Below, one piece after another: positions 19,288-27,818 of a stretch of DNA of 32,000 nucleotides. The notes under the pieces are model-generated. The model was not told where the DNA came from, did not search any database, and worked only from the letters and a program-made list of their open reading frames with translations. Both the position numbers and the translations under genes were made by a program. Source of the stretch: an uncultured bacterium (GTDB lineage: Bacteria > Margulisbacteria > WOR-1 > CAVSGV01); NCBI GenBank assembly GCA_963699255.1, contig OY969425.1, forward strand, positions 840,001 to 872,000. The letters are read 5' to 3'. The first letter of the stretch is position 1; every line of letters starts with the position of its first letter.

Positions 19288-19340
19288 CCCCGCACGCGTG
19301 GCCTCCGAACGGATTGCCTAAAAATCAGGCAGCCGCCCCC

Positions 19341-19370
19341 AAAAAAGAGCGAGACGTCGTTGTCCCGCTC
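19341..19370 (-). terminator. Rho-independent terminator after the first glnA
   Basis: Minus-strand sense: GAGCGGGAC-AACGAC-GTCTCGCTC followed by TTTTTT. Nine-pair stem with one GU, hexaloop AACGAC. Confidence 0.85.
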
Positions 19371-19381
19371 CCCCGAACTTT

Positions 19382-20707
19382 TTACAGTATCGGGAAATAT
19401 TTCTTTATTTCATACTCGGTGACTTGGATCCTGAATTCATCCCATTCTTTTTTCTTGACCGATATGAATCTTGAAAAACTGTGCTCCCCGAGAACCTCTC
19501 TCAACAGCTCGCTTCCCTCAGCTAATTTAATGGCGTCTCCAAGGCTTGCCGGAAGCGATTTTATGCCTCCCTCCTGTCTCTCCTCTTCAGTAAGATGATA
19601 CAGGTTTAGCTCCATCGGGTCGGGCAGCTTATATCCCTCTTCAATGCCCTTTAATCCCGCTGAAAGCATTACCGCAAATTGCAGATAAGGATTCCCGGAT
19701 GGATCCGGGCATCTTAGCTCCATGCGGGTAGCGACTTCCTTGCCCGGCAGGTACATCGGGACCCTGACGAGAGCCGATCTGTTGCGCCTTGACCACGCGA
19801 TATAGACGGGAGCTTCGTAGCCGGGGACCAGTCTTTTATATGAATTGACCCATGGGGCAAGTACCGAGATTATTTCCGGAGCGTGCTTTAATATCCCCGC
19901 AATATATGACTTGCCCACATCAGACAAATGATATTTGTCCTTCGCGTCAAAGAAAGCATTGGCCTTTCCTTTGAACAACGACTGATGGCAGTGCATTCCG
20001 CTTCCGTTCTGGCCGAACAATGGCTTTGGCATGAAGGACGCGTATACGCCGTTCTTTGATGCTATTTCCTTGACGGTCAATCTATAAGTGACGACATTGT
20101 CAGCCATCTTAAGCCCGTCGTCATATCTCATATCGATCTCATGTTGGGACGGAGCAACCTCATGATGGGAATATTCAACATTTATCCCCAGCTTCTTAAG
20201 GCACAGGACGGTCTCTCTTCTCAGATCGGAGGCCATATCAAGCGGGGTCAGGTCAAAATATCCGCCTTCATCCAGTATTTCGGGACTCTGACCGTTCTTG
20301 AAATAGAAATATTCAAGTTCCGGCCCGACATAATAATGGTCAAACCCCATCTTCTTCATCTTTGCAAGCGCCCTCTTCAGGACATACCTCGGATCCCCTT
20401 CATAAGGCTTTCCTCCCGGCTGAAGTATATCGCATATCATCCTGGCTACCGCTTTCTCCTGCGGCCTCCATGGAAGGATCTGAAATGTATCCGGATCCGG
20501 CATAGCTATCATGTCCGACTCCTCGATCGCCTGGAAACCGGTAATTGAAGATCCGTCAAACCCCATTCCCTCCGTAAGCGCTCCCTCTAATTCATCCTTC
20601 CCGATCGCGAAACTTTTCAATATCCCGTTAATATCCGTGAACCAAAGCCTTATGAACTCAACATCATTATCCTTTACCGCTTTAAGTATTTCCTCTTTTG
20701 TTGTCAT
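19382..20707 (-). CDS. glnA: Glutamine synthetase type I, paralog 1 (441 aa)
   Basis: MGFDGSSITGFQAIEESDMIAMPDP, YYVGPELEYFYF, NGSGMHCHQSL, VPGYEAPVYIAWSRRNRSALVRVP, ELRCPDPSGNPYLQFAVML. Confidence 0.96.
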   Translation of the reverse strand: MTTKEEILKAVKDNDVEFIRLWFTDINGILKSFAIGKDELEGALTEGMGFDGSSITGFQAIEESDMIAMPDPDTFQILPWRPQEKAVARMICDILQPGGKPYEGDPRYVLKRALAKMKKMGFDHYYVGPELEYFYFKNGQSPEILDEGGYFDLTPLDMASDLRRETVLCLKKLGINVEYSHHEVAPSQHEIDMRYDDGLKMADNVVTYRLTVKEIASKNGVYASFMPKPLFGQNGSGMHCHQSLFKGKANAFFDAKDKYHLSDVGKSYIAGILKHAPEIISVLAPWVNSYKRLVPGYEAPVYIAWSRRNRSALVRVPMYLPGKEVATRMELRCPDPSGNPYLQFAVMLSAGLKGIEEGYKLPDPMELNLYHLTEEERQEGGIKSLPASLGDAIKLAEGSELLREVLGEHSFSRFISVKKKEWDEFRIQVTEYEIKKYFPIL

Positions 20708-20802
20708 TTTTGTTCCCTCCTTGCCCTCAGTATTAGCAATTTTCTCTCCAAAAAATTTTTGCCGTATTAACGCGAAATTATACCAGGATAATAATATAGT
20801 AT

Positions 20803-20848
20803 ATACATTTATGTATTAATTTATATTAAATAATACAATTTTGTATTA
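20803..20848. promoter_or_regulatory. Two tandem palindromic sites upstream of glnA, candidate operators
   Basis: ATACAT-TT-ATGTAT (20803-20816) and TAATACAA-TT-TTGTATTA (20831-20848), centres 30 bp apart. A minus-strand TATAAT lies at 20777-20782 with no good -35. Confidence 0.5.
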
Positions 20849-20850
20849 AA

Positions 20851-21189
20851 TTATATTGCAATAACTCCTGTTTCGCCTGTCCGTATCCTGACAATATAAG
20901 ATACATCCGATACAAAGATCTTTCCGTCGCCGATACTGCCTGTGGAACAGATAGAACATATCGTCTTTATGACGTCATCGACATCCTTATCAAGCAGCAC
21001 AAGTTCAAGCTTTACTTTAGGCAAAAATTCAACATTGTACTGGCCGACCCTCCACTCCAGCGTAATGCCCTTCTGTTTTCCTCTTCCTTTTACCTCGGTA
21101 ACGGTCATTCCATGAAACCCTTTCGCATCAAGCGCCTCCCTTAGCTCTTCCAGTTTTTCCGGGCGGATTATAGCTTCGACCTTCTTCAT
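20851..21189 (-). CDS. glnB: PII nitrogen regulatory protein
   Basis: 112 aa. MKKVEAIIRPEKLEELREAL, T-loop KGRGKQKGITLEWRVGQYNVEFLPKVKLELV with Tyr51 retained, C-terminal GSIGDGKIFVSDV. Confidence 0.95.
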   Translation of the reverse strand: MKKVEAIIRPEKLEELREALDAKGFHGMTVTEVKGRGKQKGITLEWRVGQYNVEFLPKVKLELVLLDKDVDDVIKTICSICSTGSIGDGKIFVSDVSYIVRIRTGETGVIAI

Positions 21190-21205
21190 TTATCTCACCT
21201 CCTGT

Positions 21206-22429
21206 TTATAATACGCTTTCCGCGTGCTGGGATATATCCAGGCCGACAAGCTCTTCATTCTCCTTAACCCTCAACCCGACTAACATATCAACAGCCTTCG
21301 CAAGTACCAGCGTAACAACGAACGCAAAAGAAGCCGTAGCAACAACAGCAACAAGCTGCACCCATACCTGTCCCGGATTCCCAAAAATAAGGCCGTTCGC
21401 ACCGCCGGGATTTATCGCTTTGCTTGCAAAGATGCCTGTCGCGATAGCGCCCCACGCGCCGCCCATCCCATGGCATGCGAAAGCATCCAGCGATTCATCG
21501 ATCCTAAGGGTCATTCTCAGGACTATGACATAATAAGAAATCACGGAAGCAACCGCTCCTATTGCTATTGCTGAAAGCGGGTCCACAAAACCTGACGCCG
21601 GAGTGATAGCAACAAGCCCCACAACCGCACCCGTTGCAACACCAAGAACGCTTGGTCTTCTGTGTATCCAGCTCAGCAGCATCCACATTGTCGCCGCCGC
21701 AGCCGCAGCGGTATTGGTAACAACAAAAGCTGAAGCTGCGATCCCGTTGGCAGCCAGGGCGGATCCTCCGTTGAAGCCGAACCAGCCGAACCAGAGAAGT
21801 ACCGCGCCAAGAACAACGATCGGGATATTGCTCGGCTCCATGTTATCCTTTCCGTAGCCTTTTCTTTTTCCTATGATCAAAGCGATAGCCAGGGCTGACA
21901 TACCTGCCGTAACATGTACGACAGTGCCGCCGGCAAAATCAAGCGCTCCCAGAGTCCTGAGCCATCCGCCTACTCCCCAGACCCAATGGGCCACCGGATC
22001 ATAAACGATCGTTGCCCATAAAGCCGAGAACAAAAGGAATGAGGAAAATTTTATCCTTTCAACAAAAGCGCCCACTATCAATGAAGGGGTCACTATCGCG
22101 AAAGCCGCCTGGAATATCATAAAGACCAGGGCCGGAATGGTAGCCGCATAACCTACATCCGGGAGCTGTCCTACGCCTATCAAACCAAGATATTTAAAAT
22201 TACCGATTAAACCTCTTATTGTCGGACCAAAGGCCAGTGTATACCCGAAAAGCACCCATTGAAGGCTTATCACCATAAGGATCGCGAAACACATCATGAT
22301 CGTGGAAAGGATATTTTTCTTCCTTACCATGCCGCCGTAAAAGAAACCGACTGCCGGAGTCATTAATATTACCAGAGCTGCGGAAACAAGGACCCAAGCT
22401 GTATCTCCACTATTTATCATTTTAACCAA
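21206..22429 (-). CDS. amtB: Ammonium transporter
   Basis: 407 aa. [79 protein letters not shown]. Confidence 0.97.
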   Translation of the reverse strand: MVKMINSGDTAWVLVSAALVILMTPAVGFFYGGMVRKKNILSTIMMCFAILMVISLQWVLFGYTLAFGPTIRGLIGNFKYLGLIGVGQLPDVGYAATIPALVFMIFQAAFAIVTPSLIVGAFVERIKFSSFLLFSALWATIVYDPVAHWVWGVGGWLRTLGALDFAGGTVVHVTAGMSALAIALIIGKRKGYGKDNMEPSNIPIVVLGAVLLWFGWFGFNGGSALAANGIAASAFVVTNTAAAAAATMWMLLSWIHRRPSVLGVATGAVVGLVAITPASGFVDPLSAIAIGAVASVISYYVIVLRMTLRIDESLDAFACHGMGGAWGAIATGIFASKAINPGGANGLIFGNPGQVWVQLVAVVATASFAFVVTLVLAKAVDMLVGLRVKENEELVGLDISQHAESVL

Positions 22430-22438
22430 CCTCCTCCT

Positions 22439-23197
22439 TTATACATTTATATCAAGCTGCGTGGTCACGACAGGATTGGCCGAAGCACCCGGAGCATGCC
22501 CATTATTAAACGTGCCATAACCGAATATGACCGATGTGTTCGGAGCAAAAGCATATGAAAGCCCCCCGAACAACGCTCCATTTACGGAATAGCCGGATGC
22601 ATAATCGACGCAGGCCCAGATCTTATCGGTGATAGTTTTGTCCCAGGTAAAGATAAATCCGGTGCTCTGCGGGTCGCCGAATTCATCCACCAGAACGTCC
22701 CTGTTCCCCGAATAATAGCCGGCAGACAACCTTCCGATGCCGAAAGTCTTCGCCATGAGCGAGTAAACGATGTTCTGATCGGAGCTTTTCACGCCGTCCA
22801 GAGTGTCGAATCCGAAGTTGAAAAATCCAAGAGCCAAGGCGGGCAAAATGCTGCTTTCGGGGATGCCGTATTTCGCGTTGAATGTGAACTGGTTGGAACT
22901 GGGCAAGAAAGAATCGATGCCAAACTCAGCTCCTGGCAACAAACCATAAGTTAAATTTACGTCGGTCGGGAAAAAAGTCCCTCCAAAATTAGAGATCGGC
23001 CATGCCGTGGTAAAATAGCTATCTATTCCGAAGTGAACTGTCCCCAAAGCCTGGATGTCTGTTGACGGGTTCCATATTTGAGTTGATGGAGTGGCAAAGA
23101 CCGATCTTTGGAACGTCAGGCAGATAGCCGCAATGAACAATATTTTTAATGCCCTTCTCATCTGGTTTTTCACCTTCCTCCGAAAATGCTTTTTCAT
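22439..23197 (-). CDS. Predicted outer-membrane protein encoded with amtB
   Basis: 252 aa with a signal peptide (ILFIAAICLTFQRSVFA) and repeated beta-strand pattern. Nine bp from amtB on the same strand. The exact start (MKKHFRRK or an internal one) is uncertain. Confidence 0.6.
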   Translation of the reverse strand: MKKHFRRKVKNQMRRALKILFIAAICLTFQRSVFATPSTQIWNPSTDIQALGTVHFGIDSYFTTAWPISNFGGTFFPTDVNLTYGLLPGAEFGIDSFLPSSNQFTFNAKYGIPESSILPALALGFFNFGFDTLDGVKSSDQNIVYSLMAKTFGIGRLSAGYYSGNRDVLVDEFGDPQSTGFIFTWDKTITDKIWACVDYASGYSVNGALFGGLSYAFAPNTSVIFGYGTFNNGHAPGASANPVVTTQLDINV

Positions 23198-23240
23198 CTT
23201 CTTTCTTGTTCTTTGATAACATGATGTCGATCAGTAAAGT

Positions 23241-23258
23241 AGCAATTTTCTTGCCGAA
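23241..23258 (-). promoter_or_regulatory. Sigma54 (RpoN) -24/-12 promoter for the OMP-amtB-glnB operon
   Basis: Minus-strand sense TTCGGCAAGAAAATTGCT. GG (-24) at 23254-23255 and GC (-12) at 23242-23243 have exact N10 spacing. Lies 44 bp upstream of the ORF start and next to a sigma54 activator gene. Confidence 0.75.
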
Positions 23259-23315
23259 GGGCTTTTGTGCTTAAAGAGGCCGAAAATCTGACAAGCGCGT
23301 GGATCTGCCTAAATT

Positions 23316-24827
23316 TTAAACAACAATATTGTAATTCTTTATCTTGTAACCGAGCATTCTTTCGGTGATGCCGAGGGCTTTCGCGGCGGATTTCTGGGTC
23401 TTGTATTTTGCGAGGGCGTCGACGATGCGCTGTTTTTCTATCGATCCGATCAGCGCCGGAAGCGTCATACCTTCGGGCGTGATACTGACTTCTGACGGCT
23501 TCTGAAGGCTTACCGGAAGCTCCGACTGTGATATCAGCTCTTTCCTGCACAGGACCACGGCTCTCTCTATGACATTCTCAAGCTCCCTCACATTACCGGG
23601 CCAGCTGTAAGATAAGAGCATATCAAGAGCGGCACGGTTTATTCCCTTTATCTTCTTCTTGTTCTCTTTGGCGTATTTTTCTATAAAGTGATCGGCGAGG
23701 AGAGGGATATCCTCTTTCCTGTCCCTTAGCGGAGGCAGGATCACCGGAAAAACATTAATGCGGTAATACAGGTCTTCACGGAACCGCCCATCGCGCACCA
23801 TTTTCTCAAGATCCCTGTGAGTGGCGCATATCACTCTCACATCCACTTTTATGGTCTGCGTCCCGCCAAGCCTTTCGAATTCCTTCTCCTGCAGGACCCT
23901 CAACAATTTAACCTGGGTGGAAAGCGACATATCGCCGATCTCGTCAAGGAAAAGCGTCCCGCTGCTTGCCAGTTCGAACCTTCCGGGTTTCCTTTCAAGC
24001 GCTCCTGTAAATGCGCCTCTTTCATATCCGAAAAGTTCCGATTCAAGCAGGTTCTCGGGAAGCGACGCGCAGGCGACTTTGATGAAGGGTTTATCGGCCC
24101 TCGGGCTTGAATAATGAATGGCTGAGGCGACCATTTCCTTTCCCGTGCCGGATTCGCCTGTAATAAGGACCGTTGCCTGTGATTCCGCCACCTGAGCTGC
24201 GATGCTGAAGACCGAAGCCATAAGAGGCGAACTGTAGATCATATTGCCGAATTTGTATTTGCCTTTCAGCTCCTGCCTCAGCTTGATGTTCTCGGATACC
24301 ACAGCCTGCTTTTCTTTTTCCGCAAGCTCCCTTATCTTCACCGCCTGTCCCACCATTGAAGCGATAATAGTAAGGAGCTTAACGTCCTCTTCATAAGAAA
24401 TATCGCCCTTGAAAAGATGGTCCGCGGAAAGAGCGCCTATGACCTTGTTCCCGACCTTGATAGGGACGCAGAGGAAGGCATATTTCCGCGCTTCCAGGTC
24501 CCTCGCTTTTGTCTTATTGAGAAATGACGGGTCAGCGCCAACATCCTTAATTACCATCGGAAGTCCCGTCTCGACGACTTTGCCTGTGATCCCTTCGCCT
24601 ATTTTGTAGCGTCCCCTTTCTTTTTCCTGCACCGAGAGTCCCTGCGCTACTTCAATATGAAGCTCGTTCGTATTCGGATCCACCAGCGTTATTGTGCCTC
24701 TCTGCATTTCAAGGGAGTCGGATAGGACCTGAAGGATGGATTCCAAGGCTTGCTGCAGGTTAAGAGCCGAAGCAAGGGCTTCGCTTATCTCAACGAGTAC
24801 TTTTACCTTTATGTCCCTTGTAGGCAT
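23316..24827 (-). CDS. Sigma54-dependent transcriptional activator, NifA-like (GAF + AAA+ + Fis HTH)
   Basis: 503 aa. N-terminal GAF domain, GESGTGKEMVASAIHYSS (Walker A), ELFGYERGAFTGAL (GAFTGA loop), LSYSWPGNVRELENVIERAV, C-terminal HTH KTQKSAAKALGITERMLGYKIKNYNI. Confidence 0.93.
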   Translation of the reverse strand: MPTRDIKVKVLVEISEALASALNLQQALESILQVLSDSLEMQRGTITLVDPNTNELHIEVAQGLSVQEKERGRYKIGEGITGKVVETGLPMVIKDVGADPSFLNKTKARDLEARKYAFLCVPIKVGNKVIGALSADHLFKGDISYEEDVKLLTIIASMVGQAVKIRELAEKEKQAVVSENIKLRQELKGKYKFGNMIYSSPLMASVFSIAAQVAESQATVLITGESGTGKEMVASAIHYSSPRADKPFIKVACASLPENLLESELFGYERGAFTGALERKPGRFELASSGTLFLDEIGDMSLSTQVKLLRVLQEKEFERLGGTQTIKVDVRVICATHRDLEKMVRDGRFREDLYYRINVFPVILPPLRDRKEDIPLLADHFIEKYAKENKKKIKGINRAALDMLLSYSWPGNVRELENVIERAVVLCRKELISQSELPVSLQKPSEVSITPEGMTLPALIGSIEKQRIVDALAKYKTQKSAAKALGITERMLGYKIKNYNIVV

Positions 24828-24868
24828 ACTACATTATTGTAGTATGTTAATACATTTTTGTCAAGAAG

Positions 24869-26209
24869 CTATAATGTTTCTAGGTATTTGTCGATCTCCC
24901 ATGGCGTTATCTGCATCCTGTAGTCATCGAACTCCGCAGCCTTTGCCGCGACAAAATGTTCAAAAGCGTGCTTGCCAAGCGCCTGTTTCACAACCTCATC
25001 CTTTTTAAGCTCTTCCACGGCTCTGGCAATAGAAAAAGGAAGCATGTCTATCTTGTATTCGTTAAGTTTGGCCTGGTCGAATTCATAAACGTCCTCTTCC
25101 ACGGGTTTTGGAGGCTTCATTCCCCTCTTTATTCCATCAAGGCCGGCATAAAGCATCACGGCAAATGCAAGATAAGGATTGCAGGAAGGATCGGGGCATC
25201 TGAGTTCAAGCCTTGTTGACTGCTCCCTTCCCGGAGAGTATCTCGGTATCCTTATAAGCGCTGACCTGTTGATCTGCGCCCAGCAGATATATACAGGGGC
25301 TTCATATCCGGAAACAAGCCTTTTGTATGAGTTCACCGTAGGCGCGAGGATGGAAGTAAGAGCTTTTGCATGGAAAAGCTCCCCGGCCATGAAATTATAG
25401 GCGATCTCGGATAGTTTGTATTTATCTTTGGCGTCAAAGAAAGCGTTCTTTTCACCCTTGAACAAAGATTGATGGACGTGCATTCCGCTGCCGGCCTGTT
25501 TATAGAGCGGCTTCGGCATGAACGAAGCATACAGCCCGTGGTCCGAGGCAATGGACTTTATCACATACTTGAGCGTTATCGTATTATCGGCAGAAGAAAG
25601 CGCATCGGAATATTTGACGTCTATTTCGTGCTGGCCGGGACCGCATTCGTGGTGCGACATCTCCGGGACCATTCCCATCTTCTCCAGAGCAAAGATTATA
25701 TCTTCGCGCACGTCGCTGGCAAGGTCCTTCGCCGGATAATCAAAATAACCTCCGATATCGTGAGGGGTGGTCGTGATGCGCCCGTCGTCTTTTTTCATGA
25801 GATAGAACTCCACTTCAGGGCCTGTATAGAACGCGAATCCAAGTTTACCGGCTTCGGCGACCGCCCTTTTCAGTATCGATCTCGGGTCGCCTTCAAAAGG
25901 CTCACCTTCAGGCGTATGAACGTCGCATATGAAGCGGGCGGATTCCTTGCCCTCCACCTTCCACGGTATGATCTGGTAAGTATTCGGGTCAGGAACAAGG
26001 ATCATGTCAGATTCGCATATCCTGACAAATCCCTGTATGGAGGAGCCATCGAACCATATGCCCTTATCAAGGATGTCGGATAGCCTTTCCACGGGGACCG
26101 TCACGCTTTTGATCATTCCCAGAATATCGGTGAACTGAAGAAAAATGAATTTGATCTTGTCGGACTTTGCTTTTGCCAGAACTTCCTTGGCCAGTGCGGA
26201 TAACGCCAT
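24869..26209 (-). CDS. glnA: Glutamine synthetase type I, paralog 2 (446 aa)
   Basis: IWFDGSSIQGFVRICESDMILVPDP, YTGPEVEFYLMKK, AGSGMHVHQSLF, VSGYEAPVYICWAQINRSALIRIP, LRCPDPSCNPYLAFAVML. Confidence 0.95.
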   Translation of the reverse strand: MALSALAKEVLAKAKSDKIKFIFLQFTDILGMIKSVTVPVERLSDILDKGIWFDGSSIQGFVRICESDMILVPDPNTYQIIPWKVEGKESARFICDVHTPEGEPFEGDPRSILKRAVAEAGKLGFAFYTGPEVEFYLMKKDDGRITTTPHDIGGYFDYPAKDLASDVREDIIFALEKMGMVPEMSHHECGPGQHEIDVKYSDALSSADNTITLKYVIKSIASDHGLYASFMPKPLYKQAGSGMHVHQSLFKGEKNAFFDAKDKYKLSEIAYNFMAGELFHAKALTSILAPTVNSYKRLVSGYEAPVYICWAQINRSALIRIPRYSPGREQSTRLELRCPDPSCNPYLAFAVMLYAGLDGIKRGMKPPKPVEEDVYEFDQAKLNEYKIDMLPFSIARAVEELKKDEVVKQALGKHAFEHFVAAKAAEFDDYRMQITPWEIDKYLETL

Positions 26210-26240
26210 ACTAACGCCTCCCTTTATTTTAGATGTTTTG

Positions 26241-26269
26241 ATTATATAATATGCTTAAATTTTAGGCAA
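26241..26269 (-). promoter_or_regulatory. Sigma70-type promoter for the second glnA
   Basis: Minus-strand sense TTGCCT-N17-TATAAT, followed by AAAGGAGG and the glnA ATG. Confidence 0.7.
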
Positions 26270-26274
26270 TCGGA

Positions 26275-26311
26275 ATAAAAAACGGCGCCCCGGCATATTG
26301 TCGGGGCGCCG
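26275..26311 (-). terminator. Rho-independent terminator of gdhA
   Basis: Minus-strand sense CGGCGCCCCG-N9-CGGGGCGCCG followed by TTTTTTATT. Perfect 10 bp stem. Confidence 0.92.
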
Positions 26312-26332
26312 CATACTTACCTGGGACCTTTT

Positions 26333-27670
26333 CTACACTAAACCCTGGTCGAGCATTGCATCGGCAACTTTTATGAACCCGGCTATGTTCGCGCCGTCCA
26401 TGTAATTAATGAAGTCACCCTGTTTCCCCTGTTTGACGCAATTCTCATGGATATTGATCATTATCTCATGAAGTCTCTTGTCGACTTCTTCCCTGCCCCA
26501 GCTCAACCTCATGCTGTTCTGGCTCATCTCGAGCCCCGATGTCGCCACTCCTCCGGCATTCGCCGCTTTTGCCGGTCCGTAAAGGATCTTTGCCTTAAGG
26601 TAGACCTCGATCGCTTCCGGGGTTGACGGCATGTTCGCGCCTTCCGCAACGCACATGCATCCATTCTTAATGAGAGCTTCCGCATCGGCGCCGCTCACTT
26701 CGTTCTGCGTCGCGCACGGGAGAGCTATGTCGCATTCGATATGCCACGGCCTTTTCCCTTCCAGGAATTGGCATCCGTACTTATTGGCATATTCTTTTAT
26801 TCTGCCCCTCTTATTGTTCTTGAGATCCAGCACGTATGCCAGCTTTTCTTCGGTTATCCCATGCGGATCATGGACCGTTCCGTGCGAGTCTGATAATGTA
26901 ATGACCTTTGCCCCAAGCTGCATCGCCCTTTCAGCCGCATACTGAGCGACATTGCCGGAACCGGAGATCGTAACCGTTTTACCCTTGAACGACTGTTTCC
27001 TGGTCTTGAGCTGTTCTTCGGCAAAATAAACCAGGCCGTATCCGGTCGCTTCCGGCCTTATCAGGCTTCCGCCCCAGCCAAGCCCCTTTCCTGTCAGAAC
27101 GCCGGTAAATTCATTCCTCAGTCTCTTGTACTGGCCGTACATGAAACCTATTTCTCTTCCTCCAACGCCAATATCACCGGCCGGGACATCCGTGTCCGGA
27201 CCGATGTGCTTGGAAAGCTCCGTCATGAAGCTCTGCAAGAATCTCATTACTTCGTTATCCGACTTGCCCTTCGGGTCAAAATTGGATCCGCCTTTTCCTC
27301 CGCCCATCGGGAGCGTGGTCAGGCTGTTCTTGAAAACCTGCTCGAATCCCAGGAATTTCAACAGACCAAGATAAACCGTGGGATGCAAACGAAGTCCCCC
27401 TTTATATGGCCCTATGGCGCTGTTGAATTCCACCCTGTATCCTTTATTTACCTGTACTTCTCTGCTGTCATCCATCCACGGCACCCTGAACATTATCACT
27501 CTTTCCGGCTCCACTATCCTCTCGAGTATCTTTGCTTTTTCATATTTCGGGTTCTTTTCCAGGAACGGAAGAAGCGATTTCACTACTTCCTCTACAGCCT
27601 GATGGAACTCCGGCTCCCCAGGATTATCCGCAACTAACTTACTCATAAAAGCTTTTACTTTTGTCGCCAT
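26333..27670 (-). CDS. gdhA: NADP-type glutamate dehydrogenase
   Basis: 445 aa. FRVPWMDDSREVQVNKGYRVEFNSAIGPYKGGLRLHPTV, LPMGGGKGGSNFDPKGKSD, TVSGSGNVAQYAAERAMQLGAKVITLSDS. Confidence 0.97.
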   Translation of the reverse strand: MATKVKAFMSKLVADNPGEPEFHQAVEEVVKSLLPFLEKNPKYEKAKILERIVEPERVIMFRVPWMDDSREVQVNKGYRVEFNSAIGPYKGGLRLHPTVYLGLLKFLGFEQVFKNSLTTLPMGGGKGGSNFDPKGKSDNEVMRFLQSFMTELSKHIGPDTDVPAGDIGVGGREIGFMYGQYKRLRNEFTGVLTGKGLGWGGSLIRPEATGYGLVYFAEEQLKTRKQSFKGKTVTISGSGNVAQYAAERAMQLGAKVITLSDSHGTVHDPHGITEEKLAYVLDLKNNKRGRIKEYANKYGCQFLEGKRPWHIECDIALPCATQNEVSGADAEALIKNGCMCVAEGANMPSTPEAIEVYLKAKILYGPAKAANAGGVATSGLEMSQNSMRLSWGREEVDKRLHEIMINIHENCVKQGKQGDFINYMDGANIAGFIKVADAMLDQGLV

Positions 27671-27693
27671 TTTTTCTCTCCTTTTCTGTCAAT

Positions 27694-27748
27694 AAAAAAC
27701 GCCTCCGCTTAATCAAAACCTCATTGTCTTAATTAAACGTAAGGCGCC
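27694..27748 (-). terminator. Intrinsic terminator inside the gdhA leader (attenuator)
   Basis: Minus-strand sense GCGCCTTACGTTTAATTAAGAC-AATGAG-GTTTTGATTAAGCGGAGGCG-TTTTTT. Long stem with one bulge and one mismatch; U-run ends about 24 nt before the gdhA ATG. Confidence 0.82.
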
Positions 27749-27763
27749 GTTGCCCGACATTTA
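27734..27763 (-). promoter_or_regulatory. Alternative (antiterminator) hairpin, candidate ANTAR-binding RNA element
   Basis: Minus-strand sense TAAATGTCGGGC-AACGGC-GCCTTACGTTTA. Eleven of 12 positions pair, allowing two GU. The hexaloop has A1 and G4. Its 3' arm is the 5' arm of the terminator, so the two are mutually exclusive. Confidence 0.65.
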
Positions 27764-27782
27764 TTTGATCTATACAGTAGAT

Positions 27783-27811
27783 ATTTTATTAAAACCGGGG
27801 ATGATTGTCAA
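27783..27811 (-). promoter_or_regulatory. Sigma70-type promoter of gdhA
   Basis: Minus-strand sense TTGACA (27811-27806), N17, TAAAAT (27788-27783), upstream of the leader terminator. Confidence 0.8.
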
Positions 27812-27818
27812 ATAATAT

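Noticed and set aside
25469-26083. 204 aa + strand ORF within the second glnA
   Set aside because: Antisense to a highly conserved glnA. The GC-rich codon pattern of the real gene creates the open frame.
27206-27637. 143 aa + strand ORF within gdhA
   Set aside because: Antisense shadow of gdhA, with no signatures.
27694-27748. Reading the hairpin simply as the terminator of the ANTAR gene
   Set aside because: It can serve that role, but a consensus promoter lies between the ANTAR stop and the hairpin and none lies after it, so gdhA attenuation is the better explanation. The alternative is not excluded.
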